The position numbers and the translations under genes are program-made. A stretch of DNA of 32,413 nt from Vermamoeba vermiformis (Eukaryota). This document shows, piece by piece, positions 1-11,135 of the stretch. The number at the start of each line of letters is the position of its first letter. Positions within the stretch are counted from its first letter, which is position 1. The stretch spans positions 434,001-466,413 of the forward strand of contig JBEWZL010000044.1 in the NCBI GenBank assembly GCA_045837725.1. Direction: 5' to 3'. The notes beneath the pieces were generated by a model, which saw only the letters and a program-made list of their open reading frames with translations, was not told the origin of the DNA and searched no databases.

Positions 1-528
1 GCCACCACGTTGAGCAGTGAAATCATCACCGTCCTTAGCTTCGGTGTTGGTATTGGAAGGAGCAGCGTTGGTAGAAGTTTGTTCGGCGGGCTCATCTTGG
101 CGGGGCTTGGCGAGCTCGACGTTCAAAGCACGACCGTCCAAATCCTTGTGGTCCATAGCTTCGACGGCCTTCTTGGCATCGTCTTCGTTGACAAAGTCGA
201 CGAAACCGTAACCGAGAGATCGACGACCGCGTCTGATGACCTTGGTGTCGGCACTATTTAAAATTAATTATTAATTGCCATTCCACGATGCTGTATCATA
301 AAATAATGGTATGATCGTGACGTTCTTATTGATTGATTAAATATTGTTTTTTTGTATTATTGTTTTTTCGTCACATCCTCGATCGTCGTTTGTTTTCTTT
401 TGTTTTTCGGAACGATTGTCATACACAGTGCCAAACTTCTTGAAAGCTTCGAGGAGCTCAGTTTCGGTGGTCTTGAAGGCAAGGTTGCCAACGAAAACTT
501 TAGTGGTTTGAACGGTAGGAGTAGCCAT
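1..528 (-). CDS. RRM RNA-binding protein, 3' end runs off the window
   Basis: Exon 1 MATPTVQTTKVFVGNLAFKT contains RNP2. After an intron, exon 2 reads RRGRRSLGYGFVDFVNEDDAKKAVEAMDHKDLDGRALNVELAKPR, with RNP1 and the RRM end. Confidence 0.92.
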
Positions 529-665
529 TTTGTTTTAGAAGAACGTTTGATCAAAGTGAGATCTGAGGTCGTTAAGTGAGAACGAAAAAGTACAAAGGTA
601 ATGAGGCCTTGTAAGTGGAAAGAACAAAGAGGAGGAAAGCGGTGACGCAAAAACAGGACATTGCA

Positions 666-697
666 ACCGTGACTTAACTGTAACACCGTGACTTAAC
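666..697. promoter_or_regulatory. Tandem 13-bp direct repeat ACCGTGACTTAAC in the divergent RRM/DJ-1 promoter
   Basis: Exact copies at 666-678 and 685-697 within the 218-bp head-to-head spacer. Regulatory role is inferred. Confidence 0.45.
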
Positions 698-746
698 CAC
701 TTGCCTGAGAAAATCGGTCTTTTTTCATTCCTTCAAATAAGTAACC

Positions 747-1540
747 ATGGCTGGCACTGCTAAGAAAGTAAGTTCGGCTTGTATGCAATTAAATTGTTGT
801 TGGTGAGCTAATCTGATCAGGTTTTGGTTCCGATCGCAAATGGCAGCGAGGAGATTGAAGCCGTTTGTATTATCGACACTCTTCGGCGAGCAAATGCTGA
901 AGTCATCGTAGCTTCCATTGAAGGCGATTTGACAGTCACATGTTCTCGAAAAACAAAGATTGTTGCAGATTGCTTAATTGGCGATTGTAAAAATCAGACT
1001 TTCGATTTAATTGCTCTTCCTGGTATGACTGTTCACGATTGTATTTTTATGTTATTTTCCAAATTATTTGCTCAACATTTTCATTGTTTAGGCGGCATGC
1101 CTGGAGCTGAACGACTCAGCGAATGTAAAGAGCTGATTGAGCTATTGAACAAGCAACGTAGCGAGGGCCGTTTCTACGCTGCAGTTTGTGCATCTCCTGC
1201 GGTCGTGTTCGAAAAACACCGTAAGTTGCAATGCCTTGTTTTTGTACGGGTGATGTAACCAGACTTCCAACAGATTTGCTGGACGGTCACAAGGCCACGT
1301 GCCATCCTAACTTCGCTGACAAGATTCACGATCGCGAGCAGATGGACCACAGGTAGGCCGAGCAATAGTTGGTAGTTTTGAGTGTCTCATATTGTCCGTA
1401 GAGTTGTCGTGTCCGGCAAAGTCGTGACGAGCCGTGGTCCTGGCACTTCACTCGAGTTTTCACTGAAGCTCGTTGAACTGTTGTACAACAGAGAGACCGC
1501 TGAGAATATCCAAAAAGCCATGTTAGTACCTTCATTTTGA
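747..1540 (+). CDS. DJ-1: DJ-1/PfpI (ThiJ/YajL-like) family protein, 5 exons
   Basis: Spliced: MAGTAKK|VLVPIANGSEEIEAV...LIALP|GGMPGAERL...AAVCASP (nucleophile Cys)...KATCHP...VVTSRGPGTSLEF...KAMLVPSF*. Four GT-AG introns. Confidence 0.93.
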
Positions 1541-1718
1541 CTCGACCACAGCAACTCTAATGACAGGTGTCACTTGAGCAGTCGCATGTAAATTTTAGTA
1601 AATAGCTTTTCATAATTCAAATAGACTACAGTTTAACGAGTTTTATTCGACAAAATTAGAAATAAACAAATGATTACATTGGCAGGCTATAGTCACAGTT
1701 GATAGGTGGTCAGGAGAA

Positions 1719-3944
1719 CTAAGGCTTAAATTCCCAAATACGAATTAAACCGTCGTCTCCGCAGCTGGCTAAGATATTGCTCTGCTTTGGATTCCACCGC
1801 AAACAATTTACATCGGTGTGGTGTGCTTTAGTTTTGGCTTCTTTTAACACGAATTGATTGTTTTCGTTCTAAGCAAAAGTTAACTTTCCGCCCGTGTAAT
1901 GTTCATCTAATTACGTACCTGTTGATAAATTTTGATTGAGTCGTCGGCACCAGAAGTGGCAAGATAGTTCGACTTGGACCAAGCCACGCTGTAAATGGTG
2001 CGGTTGTGTGCTTCGTCAATCTTTTGCTCTAGCTTCCAGCACGAGGTACCTAGTGCAAACAAGTTAATGATGAGTGTCAGCACGTTAAAAAGTGATTCTT
2101 ACCATCGGTGCCTTCACGCTTGCCCTGTGGTGGCGGCGTGTACTTCCAAATGATCAACGAGCGGTCATCGCTGCACGAGGCCAAAAGCGTGCCAGTGGCG
2201 TTGAAGGCCATGTCCCAAATAGTGCTGGTGTGTCCTTTGAGTGTTTCAGAACAGAACCAGTCATCGTCGTCATCGAGCCAGACTTTGATTGTGTCATCGT
2301 AACTGCACGATACGAGTACCTGTTTGACACGTGTCAATATGAAGCCGAGGTATCAATTAAAAAAAATAAAATAAAAGATCTAGCGTGTGTTGTGGGGCAT
2401 CAATACAGAATGGAGTTCGTTGATGCCATGGAAGTGCACGCGTGAATGTGATGTGTCTCGAGGTCATATATTTAACTACGACTAGTGCCCGAGTGATTAT
2501 GAGCACATACCTCGCGATCAGGGTGCCACGCAATCGCCTTGACGTCTTGCGTGTGGCCGTGCAGCACGGACACGCACTCGAATTCCTTGTCACTCTCCAC
2601 TGCAGAACTGTCAGTATTTGTTGTGGTATAAAGTCGGGACTATGAATTGGTGGAATTATCAGCTGTGCGATCACCAGAGATGATTCGGCGGTAATTCGCG
2701 TGATTTGGCGGGGAACAAAATTAAATCGTGCTATTTTTAGTCTAAATTGTGCTTCACACAACGGCAAAGAATTGTTGCAAAGATTGCTCGAAATTAATTC
2801 TCTTGTAATGATTGGCTAATGGTTGGTAATTTACATAGCAAAGGAATGCGTGACGCGTATAAATTATTATTTCTGTTTTTCCGCCGTATTGTTCACCAGC
2901 ACCAATTAAGTCTAATAAAATATATATTCCTATACTAATGAACACTGTGCACTTACTCTCCCAGATCCAAATGCTCTTGTCTCTGCTGCACGTGGCCAAT
3001 AATGAGCCCGAGGCAGCCCAGTCCACGCACTTGACTTCATTCTCGTGGCCTTCCAGTGTTGCGATCAATTTGAATTCTGAGAGGGTTAGTATTATGGACT
3101 ATAGGAACTATCGCGAATAACAACAGCGCCATTTAATATTTGAAATAAACGCGATTATTAGTCCGGATCCCGCACGCGCAAATGGATCGGTTGGTGGATC
3201 AGCAGAAAATAAGGCGATATTATAGATGTGAGCTTATATAGCACCATTGCATTGTTTTGTGAATTGATTAAGACTAATTACCTCCGTCTTGTAACTCCCA
3301 GATGCAGCACGTGGCATCGAAACTTGCCGAAGCAAGGAACTGTCCATTGGGTGAAAAAGCAATTCTGAAGGTGTAATATTAATATTTAATAGGGAGTTAT
3401 TATTGCAATAATTATTTGAATTATTGGGACGTGTTATCATAATAACATAATATTATATTCGATTCTCTATTAATGTATTACCTGCGAACTGTACGCTCGT
3501 GTCCATCATCTAATATGTCTCTTAATAACCATTTATCGCCAATTTTGCTCCACAGACGAATCTAGAAAATTAGTCAATTAGAAAAACAATATTTTCTCGT
3601 TATTATAAAATGCAATAATTGCCAATAAAATATTGTACGATAAATTACCGATTTATCCCCGCTACAACTCGCCAATAAGTCGCCATTAGGAGACCAAGCA
3701 AGGTTCCACACGCGATCTTTATGTCCTGCATTATCAATGGTTTGTTATTACAGTGAACAATGCAACAATAGCGGATGCATATCAATGCACGAGTACAATA
3801 AAAATATTCCTTAGCTAAGGAATGCTCCGAACGCGGTCGCATCCGATCCGGCTCATTACCTTCTAACGTGGCCAACAAAGACAATGGACCTTGTGCGAGC
3901 CGTTCAGTCTCTTTGGGGTCTATTTCTCGCGGACCAGTCTCCAT
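1719..3944 (-). CDS. CIAO1: Cytosolic Fe-S assembly WD40 protein CIAO1/Cia1, multi-exon
   Basis: [89 protein letters not shown]; ends LIRIWEFKP*. Confidence 0.95.
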
Positions 3945-4395
3945 TTGTTGTTACAGATCGGAACTACACGAACAATAAACAACTGTCAAACACAAATTCA
4001 AATTTGAATCGCAAGGAAATTACGCCGGATATACTTCGTGTATAGACTTGCTATGCATGCATTAAATATGTAACTGATGTCTAGCAATTTCAGCGCAGAT
4101 TATGTCAGGAATCCTGAAAAATAACTTGATTTTAAGTTTGCGATTCCTAAATTTGTAGGAGAAGGTTGCAATACACCCCAGCTCCTTATGGGGCGCTGTT
4201 GGATAATTGGATTACCTCGTGGATGGCGAGGGAAGCAGTAAAATTGAATTGACAGCTGTTTGACATTTCCCACCTGAATTTGATTTTTTTATTTTGTTCG
4301 TTGATTCGCAGCTTGATAACCAGAATCTCCTGCAAAACTAGTATTTTGTTGTGCATATATACTGCATCAAATAGGCGAATACAACAACCGCAGAA

Positions 4396-5326
4396 ATGTC
4401 AGCAACCACTCCCAAAAATGTCATTGAAATGCAGCTGGATGATATTATTACCGACAAGAACATGATGTTGCAGTTCCGGGAATTCTTAAAGTCCATTTAT
4501 TGCAATGAAAACTTGGCATTTTGGTTGGAAGCAGGTAAATCCATTGATAATTAATTGAATTAAATAACGTTGCTCAAAGTTTTATTTTATGATTCTAAAT
4601 ACCATCGTATTGTCTTTTATATAATAATTCTGTAATATTAACTGCAAATTCATAATTGACGTTTTTTCTGATCGGATTTGCAATAACAAGTTTGTTTGAA
4701 GTATTTTGACTCGGTCCATTATTTTGATCGACTAGGCACATTAATGTAATTCAATTATACCACTTGTTCTTGCTAGTTTTACTCGGGACTGAACTGTCAT
4801 TGCGTGACACGTGCGGGTCCCTGATCAGCGTTCCGTTATTTTGTTTATATTAAGCGTAGTTATTTGTTCATTATTTAAACAGAGCACGTTATATTAATTA
4901 AATGCGAATGAATTTTTAATTGTTTTTTCTTACGTTACTGATCTGGATCTGCAGAAACATTCAAACAAGTCCCTGATGCTCGTGTGGCTCAAAAGGCGCA
5001 AGAAATATTCAACAAATACTTCGATGCATCGAGCGACCACGCAGTTAATATCGAAGATGCTGAGCTTCAAAAGGTAAGTTGCTTTTCTAACCGAATCCAC
5101 TAAGAAAGTTTCCGTAGAGTTTCAATTCAACAAATCTTTGAAATTTGCGTATTTTACTCACCAAATTAAACAGGAATTGATGGAGTCCATGAAGAAACCA
5201 TCCAGAGACACTTTTGCTAATGTTCAGAACGCCATCTGGGGTTTGCTGAAATTTGAATGCTTTCCCCGCTTCAAATCCTCGCCATTTTACAGCACGCCGC
5301 TCAATAAGAAACAGGTACGTATTTAG
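4396..5326 (+). CDS. RGS-domain protein 1 (3' end uncertain)
   Basis: LDDIITDKNMMLQFREFLKSIYCNENLAFWLEA|ETFK...KAQEIFNKYF...AVNIE...TFANVQNAIWGLLKFECFPRFKSSPFY is a complete RGS domain. A donor at 5315 may extend the gene. Confidence 0.88.
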
Positions 5327-5714
5327 ATCCAATTTGTCTTACCGAGTTATTTTTTTTTCAATTCTTTAAGACTCGAACGATCTTTTTTGCTTGGACTTTT
5401 TATCGCGGTAATATTGCTCGCCTTGCAAAAATATAAAGTCAAACTCCTTTGTGTTCGCTTTTTAATCTCGGGCTGGCGATAAACAGCAATTATCCGTTAC
5501 AAAATTAAAATTTCCAAATTGGGAAAACGCCGCGAGATTTAGTGGGAGATTTACGACGCCGTATTTCGGTACAAAAATTGACCAATTGTTTTGTTGCTCT
5601 TTTACAAGCTGTAGCTTTGATAATCACTTGCAAAGCGTTGTTTTTGTATCATATATATTTATTTATTATCGAGCACGAGCAATATTGTTATTTTAGTTTG
5701 AAAAGTATTATATA

Positions 5715-7204
5715 ATGAGCTGTTGTGGTGGTGCATCGTTTCACGGAACTGACGACGATGATGAGCAGAAAGAAGCATTAAAGCGCAGCACAACTGCAAC
5801 ACATCTGGACCAGTACTTGAAGGGCAAAAAGAAGGGCGATAAGCCTGGCAAGAAGCCCCGTGACTCCGAGACAACGGAAGAAAAACAACGGTATGTATAT
5901 GGCAGTATTTATAAGCATTGTACGATGCTCTCAAAGACCCAATTCGCATGCTTCGAAAATTCGAATATTTTAATTTCAAAAATAAATTTTATTAGATCGA
6001 AGGGCGGAAGAGCCTAATAATACATGCATTGCAGTCCTATATCGGTCTGCATGCATATTTCTGCCCCGAATCCGTATTCCGATTTCGCGCTTATTAATAA
6101 CGATTTTATATTTAGAGATGACCACATACCTGAGTTCGAAGAGGTGTTTGAAGACAAGGAGTTGATGCTCGGATTCCGCGAGTTTTTATATCGACGATTT
6201 GCGAACGAAAATCTTGCTTTTTATTTTGAAGTTGGTACGTAATCCGAGCATCCGTTACGTTTTTGCCAGCAATCGAACGTATACTAACACGTGATTGTTT
6301 AATAGAGTTGTACAAATATGTCACTGATAAGGCCGAGCAAAAGAAACGCGCCAAAGAGGTCTACGAAAAGTACTGCACATCTGAAAGTTTGTACGCAGTC
6401 AATCTCGATTGGAATATTCAAAGCGTACGTATTGCATTTAATATGTATGCATAACTAACCAGATATCGATAGCGCATTAAAAATAATATTGAGAACCCCA
6501 CCGAGGAAATATTTAATTCAGCTCAAGCGCAGATTTACAAATGTTTGAAGAACGAATGGTTCCCCGAATTCTGCACTTCTGAATTACTCCAACAATGCAA
6601 TGGTACGCACAATAGAATAATTAAGCCTATTCAGAGGTGATAACACTATTTTCGTTCCAGATGAGGCGATCGTTTTTGAAAAATCAAAACCAGGCCGTGA
6701 ACGAGGCAACACTGTTGACGGCTACGAGCGATTACAAGAATTGCGTGCCGCTATGAAGCAGAGCAAGGTAATGGCAGTATTCTAGGCAATGTTCGAGCGC
6801 GATCAGATCCGTTACAAAAAATTCAAACTTCTGTTTACGCAATTTATCTTCTGAGAATAGCACCACGTTATTATACGGACCCTATACAGTAGGTTATTAA
6901 CCCCATTACGCCTCATAGAGCCCCGAGAACGGTTCACCCCGCACTTCGCCCTCGTCACCGCAGCGGGACAATGGCTACGAAGCTGATTCGTCTGATGAGG
7001 ACACTAAATCTCCTAAAAAGGCAAGTATTACCATATATAGACATCTGAGTACAACTATCAAACTTTTTTGCATTTATTCGAGTGAATTGGAATGCATTGT
7101 TGTACATTGATTTCCTATATATAGCAAGTGACTAATTGAGCCTCTTTTCACTGAAACAGGACGGCACGCAATCGCCCAAACAAGAATCAAGTACAGTACA
7201 TTAA
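5715..7204 (+). CDS. RGS-domain protein 2 with N-terminal Cys-Cys and Ser/Pro-rich tail
   Basis: MSCCGG...; FREFLYRRFANENLAFYFEV|ELYK...RAKEVYEKY...AVNLD...EIFNSAQAQIYKCLKNEWFPEFCTS. Tail exons SPENGSPRTSPSSP... and DGTQSPKQESSTVH* are less certain; the unspliced stop would be near 6785. Confidence 0.86.
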
Positions 7205-7479
7205 TATCCCCATATACTTCTGTCGCATATGTCTCACTATCACACACCAATTTCGTTTTAAATTATTTTCATTTGTATTTGTTATTTGTTATATTATTTT
7301 TGTTCGTATTGTTTGATGATCAATAACACTCATATCGTCTAAGCACGCGTGAGTTAGTTGTTGTTAGATCTGACTGACAATGCGCGACAATTTTAATCAA
7401 CTCAAACAAGCTTTGTTTACGATACAATAATAAGAATTAATAACATTAATAGAGCACTTATTATATGAATAATAAACAA

Positions 7480-9060
7480 CTTGTTTGTATGCATATCTAT
7501 GTATCCCCATATTATACAACACAATTTTCAACAGCAGATCTACCTCATCCTTCGCGACACCTATGTAACCCCCATATTGGTCCTATATAGCTCACTCGTA
7601 TCAAATACTAACCTATCTCTAGCTAGTAGAAAGAGTTCAGCAGCGGTGCGTCGTTCATCAGGCACTGAAGACCTGTATAATGGCTCTGGATCGCACTCGT
7701 CGTCAGAAATTTCAACGGACCACTGAAGCACTTCAGCCAACACTCTATAATAATATTGTTCTTGAGTCATATGGCGTCAAGGCATGATGAACTGAGCAAC
7801 TGTAATATATAACTGCGAATAAACAACAAAATTAACGTGCTGAAGTGATTGGATCTTTCGACCTGCACAGTGTGATGCAATGAGGTATTGCGTCTGATAT
7901 GTGATCGTCGTCAAGATTAACGGCCAAGTAAGACAAATCTCCGAATAAGGACGAATACTCAACGAGATCCGGAAATTAAGAAAATTTTGAAATTTCAGGT
8001 GTGGATCTGACGTCGTAAATTCGATCCACAGCGATTTGGACGAATATTCAATAGTGCTTTGTGTTTCTAAACATTAACGCTCGTCGAAACTGGTACAGAT
8101 CAGGTCTGGAAGTGAATGTAGCAGTCAGCTGGCACATGGCAATTGATTTTATTTAGCTTCATGTATGTTTTTTCAATAATCTCTCGTGTTGGACGTAAAG
8201 ATGGCCTAAGCAATTCGAAATGATGCCCGTTGAGCAGGTATTTGGCGCGGAATCTCCGTCATGACCACGTGAAAAGATTTTCTTTTGAACCGTCTTCCTC
8301 GTCATCTTCGTCCTATTTGTGACTGAATAACACAACTGCACGCGTATGCGACTGTACAAGCAAGTAGTCATGTCTTTAGTCTAACTGCGCTGTAACCATG
8401 TCGTGCGTCGCGGCTGCATGTTATTAACTGCCATCCGAATTAAAAGCGCTGATTATTATTCGCATCTTATTATTGCCCAATGTATGCCTGGCTAGCGCAG
8501 TGTAGTTCATGTAAGTACGATAAAAAGGGGAGACTAAGGCTGCTTGGCTTTAAAATATCTTTTCAACGCCAATATCCATCCGTCGCGTTGTATTATCATC
8601 TAGGCGCGTATTAGCATCAGATGACAATCATATGGCGCATGGTTATTGGCGCTGAGATGATTGCACGGTGTTTGGTCTCCTCTTTTTATCGTACTTGCCT
8701 TCATTGCATCCACCCTTGCAACACATCGACTTGACACACATAGCTCGTAGATGCATCGGCGTTAGGATGGTCGAAGATACCTCTCGTTAGGAGTGCTTAC
8801 CGCCCTTGTAAGTTGTATATAACATTCGACTAACATACCGTTCATTTAGTTCGGATCAGCTCGCTGCAACTAGCACTCGGCCTTGCATACTCCAGCGTAT
8901 TGTTAACGAACTAATTACGTATACGTGTTCGAATCACCTGCGAAATCTCCGATTAATATTTGTGCGTTTGTGCGCTTACCACGCGACTCGTCTCACTTCT
9001 CAACTATTCCAGCACCGCGTCAGATCTGCTCTTCGCATCGTCCAAGTGCAGCCCCGGATA
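7480..9060 (-). pseudogene. Possible decayed multi-exon gene or spliced non-coding transcript
   Basis: Intron-shaped segments on the minus strand (8979-8938 GTAAGC..TTAAT..CAG; 7612-7561 GTTAGT..TAG). Protein-like frames are broken by stops, e.g. IFVQIAVDRIYDVRSTPEISKFS*FPDLVEYSSLFGDL. No family recognised. Confidence 0.35.
8497..8707 (+). ncRNA. Long fold-back hairpin, candidate pre-miRNA/hairpin RNA (alternatively a MITE)
   Basis: 8511-8538 pairs with 8671-8698 (28 bp, 24 WC + 4 GU, no mismatch). 8557-8579 pairs with 8639-8661 (20 of 23 paired). Pairing continues towards a small loop near 8608-8613. The inverted repeat is certain; the RNA call is inferred. Confidence 0.5.
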
Positions 9061-9134
9061 ATGTATAACATTTTTTTGTTATTTATTTGGACGCAAGTAT
9101 TTAGAACATGGGTATTATTTTCAGCGCAGTGTTA

Positions 9135-10934
9135 TTAATGGTACGGTGTCTTTCTTGGTGGCCATTGAACTCCTTCCACGAACTCGAAGCGTAAATATCT
9201 GCAAAGACAACACGTGTTAGTGGATCTGCTGACATCACGAGGCTATATTCAACGCATGTATAATATGATATGCAGCGGTCAGTACTTACTTGCACTCATC
9301 GGGAGTCTCTTTCCACTTTTCAAAATCGTCTTGCATGGCCTCCAAGAACTCGCTGCGTGCCTGATTGTACACGTCCTCGCGGGCCAAGCGGTACTCGCGC
9401 TTCAAGGCCTTCAACTTGTTGTTCTCCTCGTGCCACTCGCTCTCCACTTTAGTTCTGTACGCGATGCGCTCTGCCTTCAGTTTAGCCTTTTCAGCGAGCT
9501 TGGCGGCGCGTTTCTGTTCCATCTCTTCGTTGATCTTGCGCTCGTCAATGGCACGGTCACGGCGCTCGATCAGTTGTGCAATGTGTGATCGGCGCTTGAG
9601 CTCGTACTCGGCGGGCAACCACTGCTCGTAATACAGACGCACGTTGTAACTCGCGGTGGGTGGGATGCGCGTCTTGGGAGGACCGCGCCACAAATAGGTT
9701 TGAATCTCTTGTTGCAACATCTTGTCGAAGCTCTCGTCGTCGAGTATTTTGTACGGTTTTTTCTTGCTTTCACGATACGCGCGCTATTTTTCAGTGAAAA
9801 TACTCGGTCAGTATCGCAGACAAATAAAATATCAATAATATTTGATAAGATAATAAATGTTGTATAATAGCGATTTGCAGCATCATATGTAAAATAAAGC
9901 TTAATGTCATTAAGTGTTCAATTCAGATCCAGTACGCGCGTCAATGTAACGTAAACTCACCAAGAACTTTTTGAAGCTAAATGGCTCTCCTCGGGCCTCA
10001 CGTGCAGCTCTAATGTTATACATTAATATCAGCATACTATAGCGCGATTTTGAAGTTAGAGATAATTAGTAATCGAATTAGCAAGCCAGATCTGATTTAA
10101 TGAAATATCCGAAATAAAACTTGGGATATAAGAAGCTAGTACTAATATTAATAATACATGTAATATAACGTACCTTTCAGCGTCTCTGATAATTTTATTT
10201 TCTTTCATATCTTCGACGGAGTTCCATTTGGCTAGAGATTGTGTAGGGACCTTGAGGTATCGATCCTTTCGTCGCCTAATGATAGTTCATATTTAATATG
10301 GCATATTATTGCGATATTAAGTCACTGTGCGCGATAAATCGTTGTTCGTGTTAATTGGCGGGATCAGATGCACTTACATATATTTTCTGTGTCTAGTTTG
10401 AGCTTTGAAAGCGGCCATTCGCAGACCCCATTTGCCTTGTACGTAATTATCAAGGGCCTATAGTAATTATTAATTAGAAATGATTTCAAACGAAAACAAA
10501 AATTTTAATAACGAAATCCGATCCAATAATTGATTTATAAATGCCAGAAAAATATTTAACGCTATATTATAACATTAAAAAAATACGACAGTTATTTACG
10601 GCACATACTGACGCGTATTTTGAATTATAATTAATTTTACATCTGATTCACTCACTTTTTGTGCTGCGTCTTTCTTTTGATCCTCAGTCGTCAAATCCAT
10701 AGCCTTCTTAACGACCTTTCTTAAACGGTCAAAGTCTTCAGGGAATTTGAGGCCCGGAATCTCTTTGGGCAAGATCAGTTCTCCTTTGTCATCGAATCTA
10801 GCTCTGACATGCGCTTTTTTAATCAATAAATGTTTGCGGCCTCTGACTTGTGTTTGATTAATAGTGAGGGGCTTTGTCACTTGCGTCGCACCCAATTGCA
10901 ACTTGGTGGTGGATTGGATCAGTTGCTTCAACAT
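9135..10934 (-). CDS. Probable mitochondrion-targeted charged coiled-coil protein, possibly mitoribosomal
   Basis: Basic, acid-free N-terminus ending QTQVRGRK resembles a presequence. Several exons, K/E/R-rich helical C-half, last exon YLRFEFVEGVQWPPRKTPYH*, AATAAA downstream. Family not identified. Confidence 0.7.
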
Positions 10935-11135
10935 CTTGCTGGAGAACTAGTGCAAAATAAGGCAAGAAATAAATAACAAATTATTAATAAATAATCTGTT
11001 GTTAGTCTCCGACCGTTATGGACAAAATAATAAGCCCCCACAGCGGACAATAAATTTTTTGCGGCACGTGATCCAAGAACATCAACTGACAGGACAAAAA
11101 AAGAGTCTACGGCACAATATAATAATGATAAGGTA

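Noticed and set aside
4150-4240. U1/U2-like ATTGCA loop or H/ACA snoRNA on the minus strand
   Set aside because: Lacks the conserved U1/U2 5' sequences, a proper Sm site and an H box.
7784-7843. Box C (ATGATGA) and box D (CTGA) snoRNA-like pair
   Set aside because: No terminal stem, and no rRNA-complementary guide I could recognise.
8040-8310. In-frame TGA codons as selenocysteine or an alternative genetic code
   Set aside because: TAA and TAG stops also break these frames, intact genes use TGA as stop (DJ-1, F-box/LRR), and no SECIS was seen.
7631-9032. Long-range pairing GCGGTGC/GCACCGC suggesting one large ncRNA such as telomerase RNA
   Set aside because: Only 7 contiguous bp, and no CCCTAA-type template on either strand in the interval.
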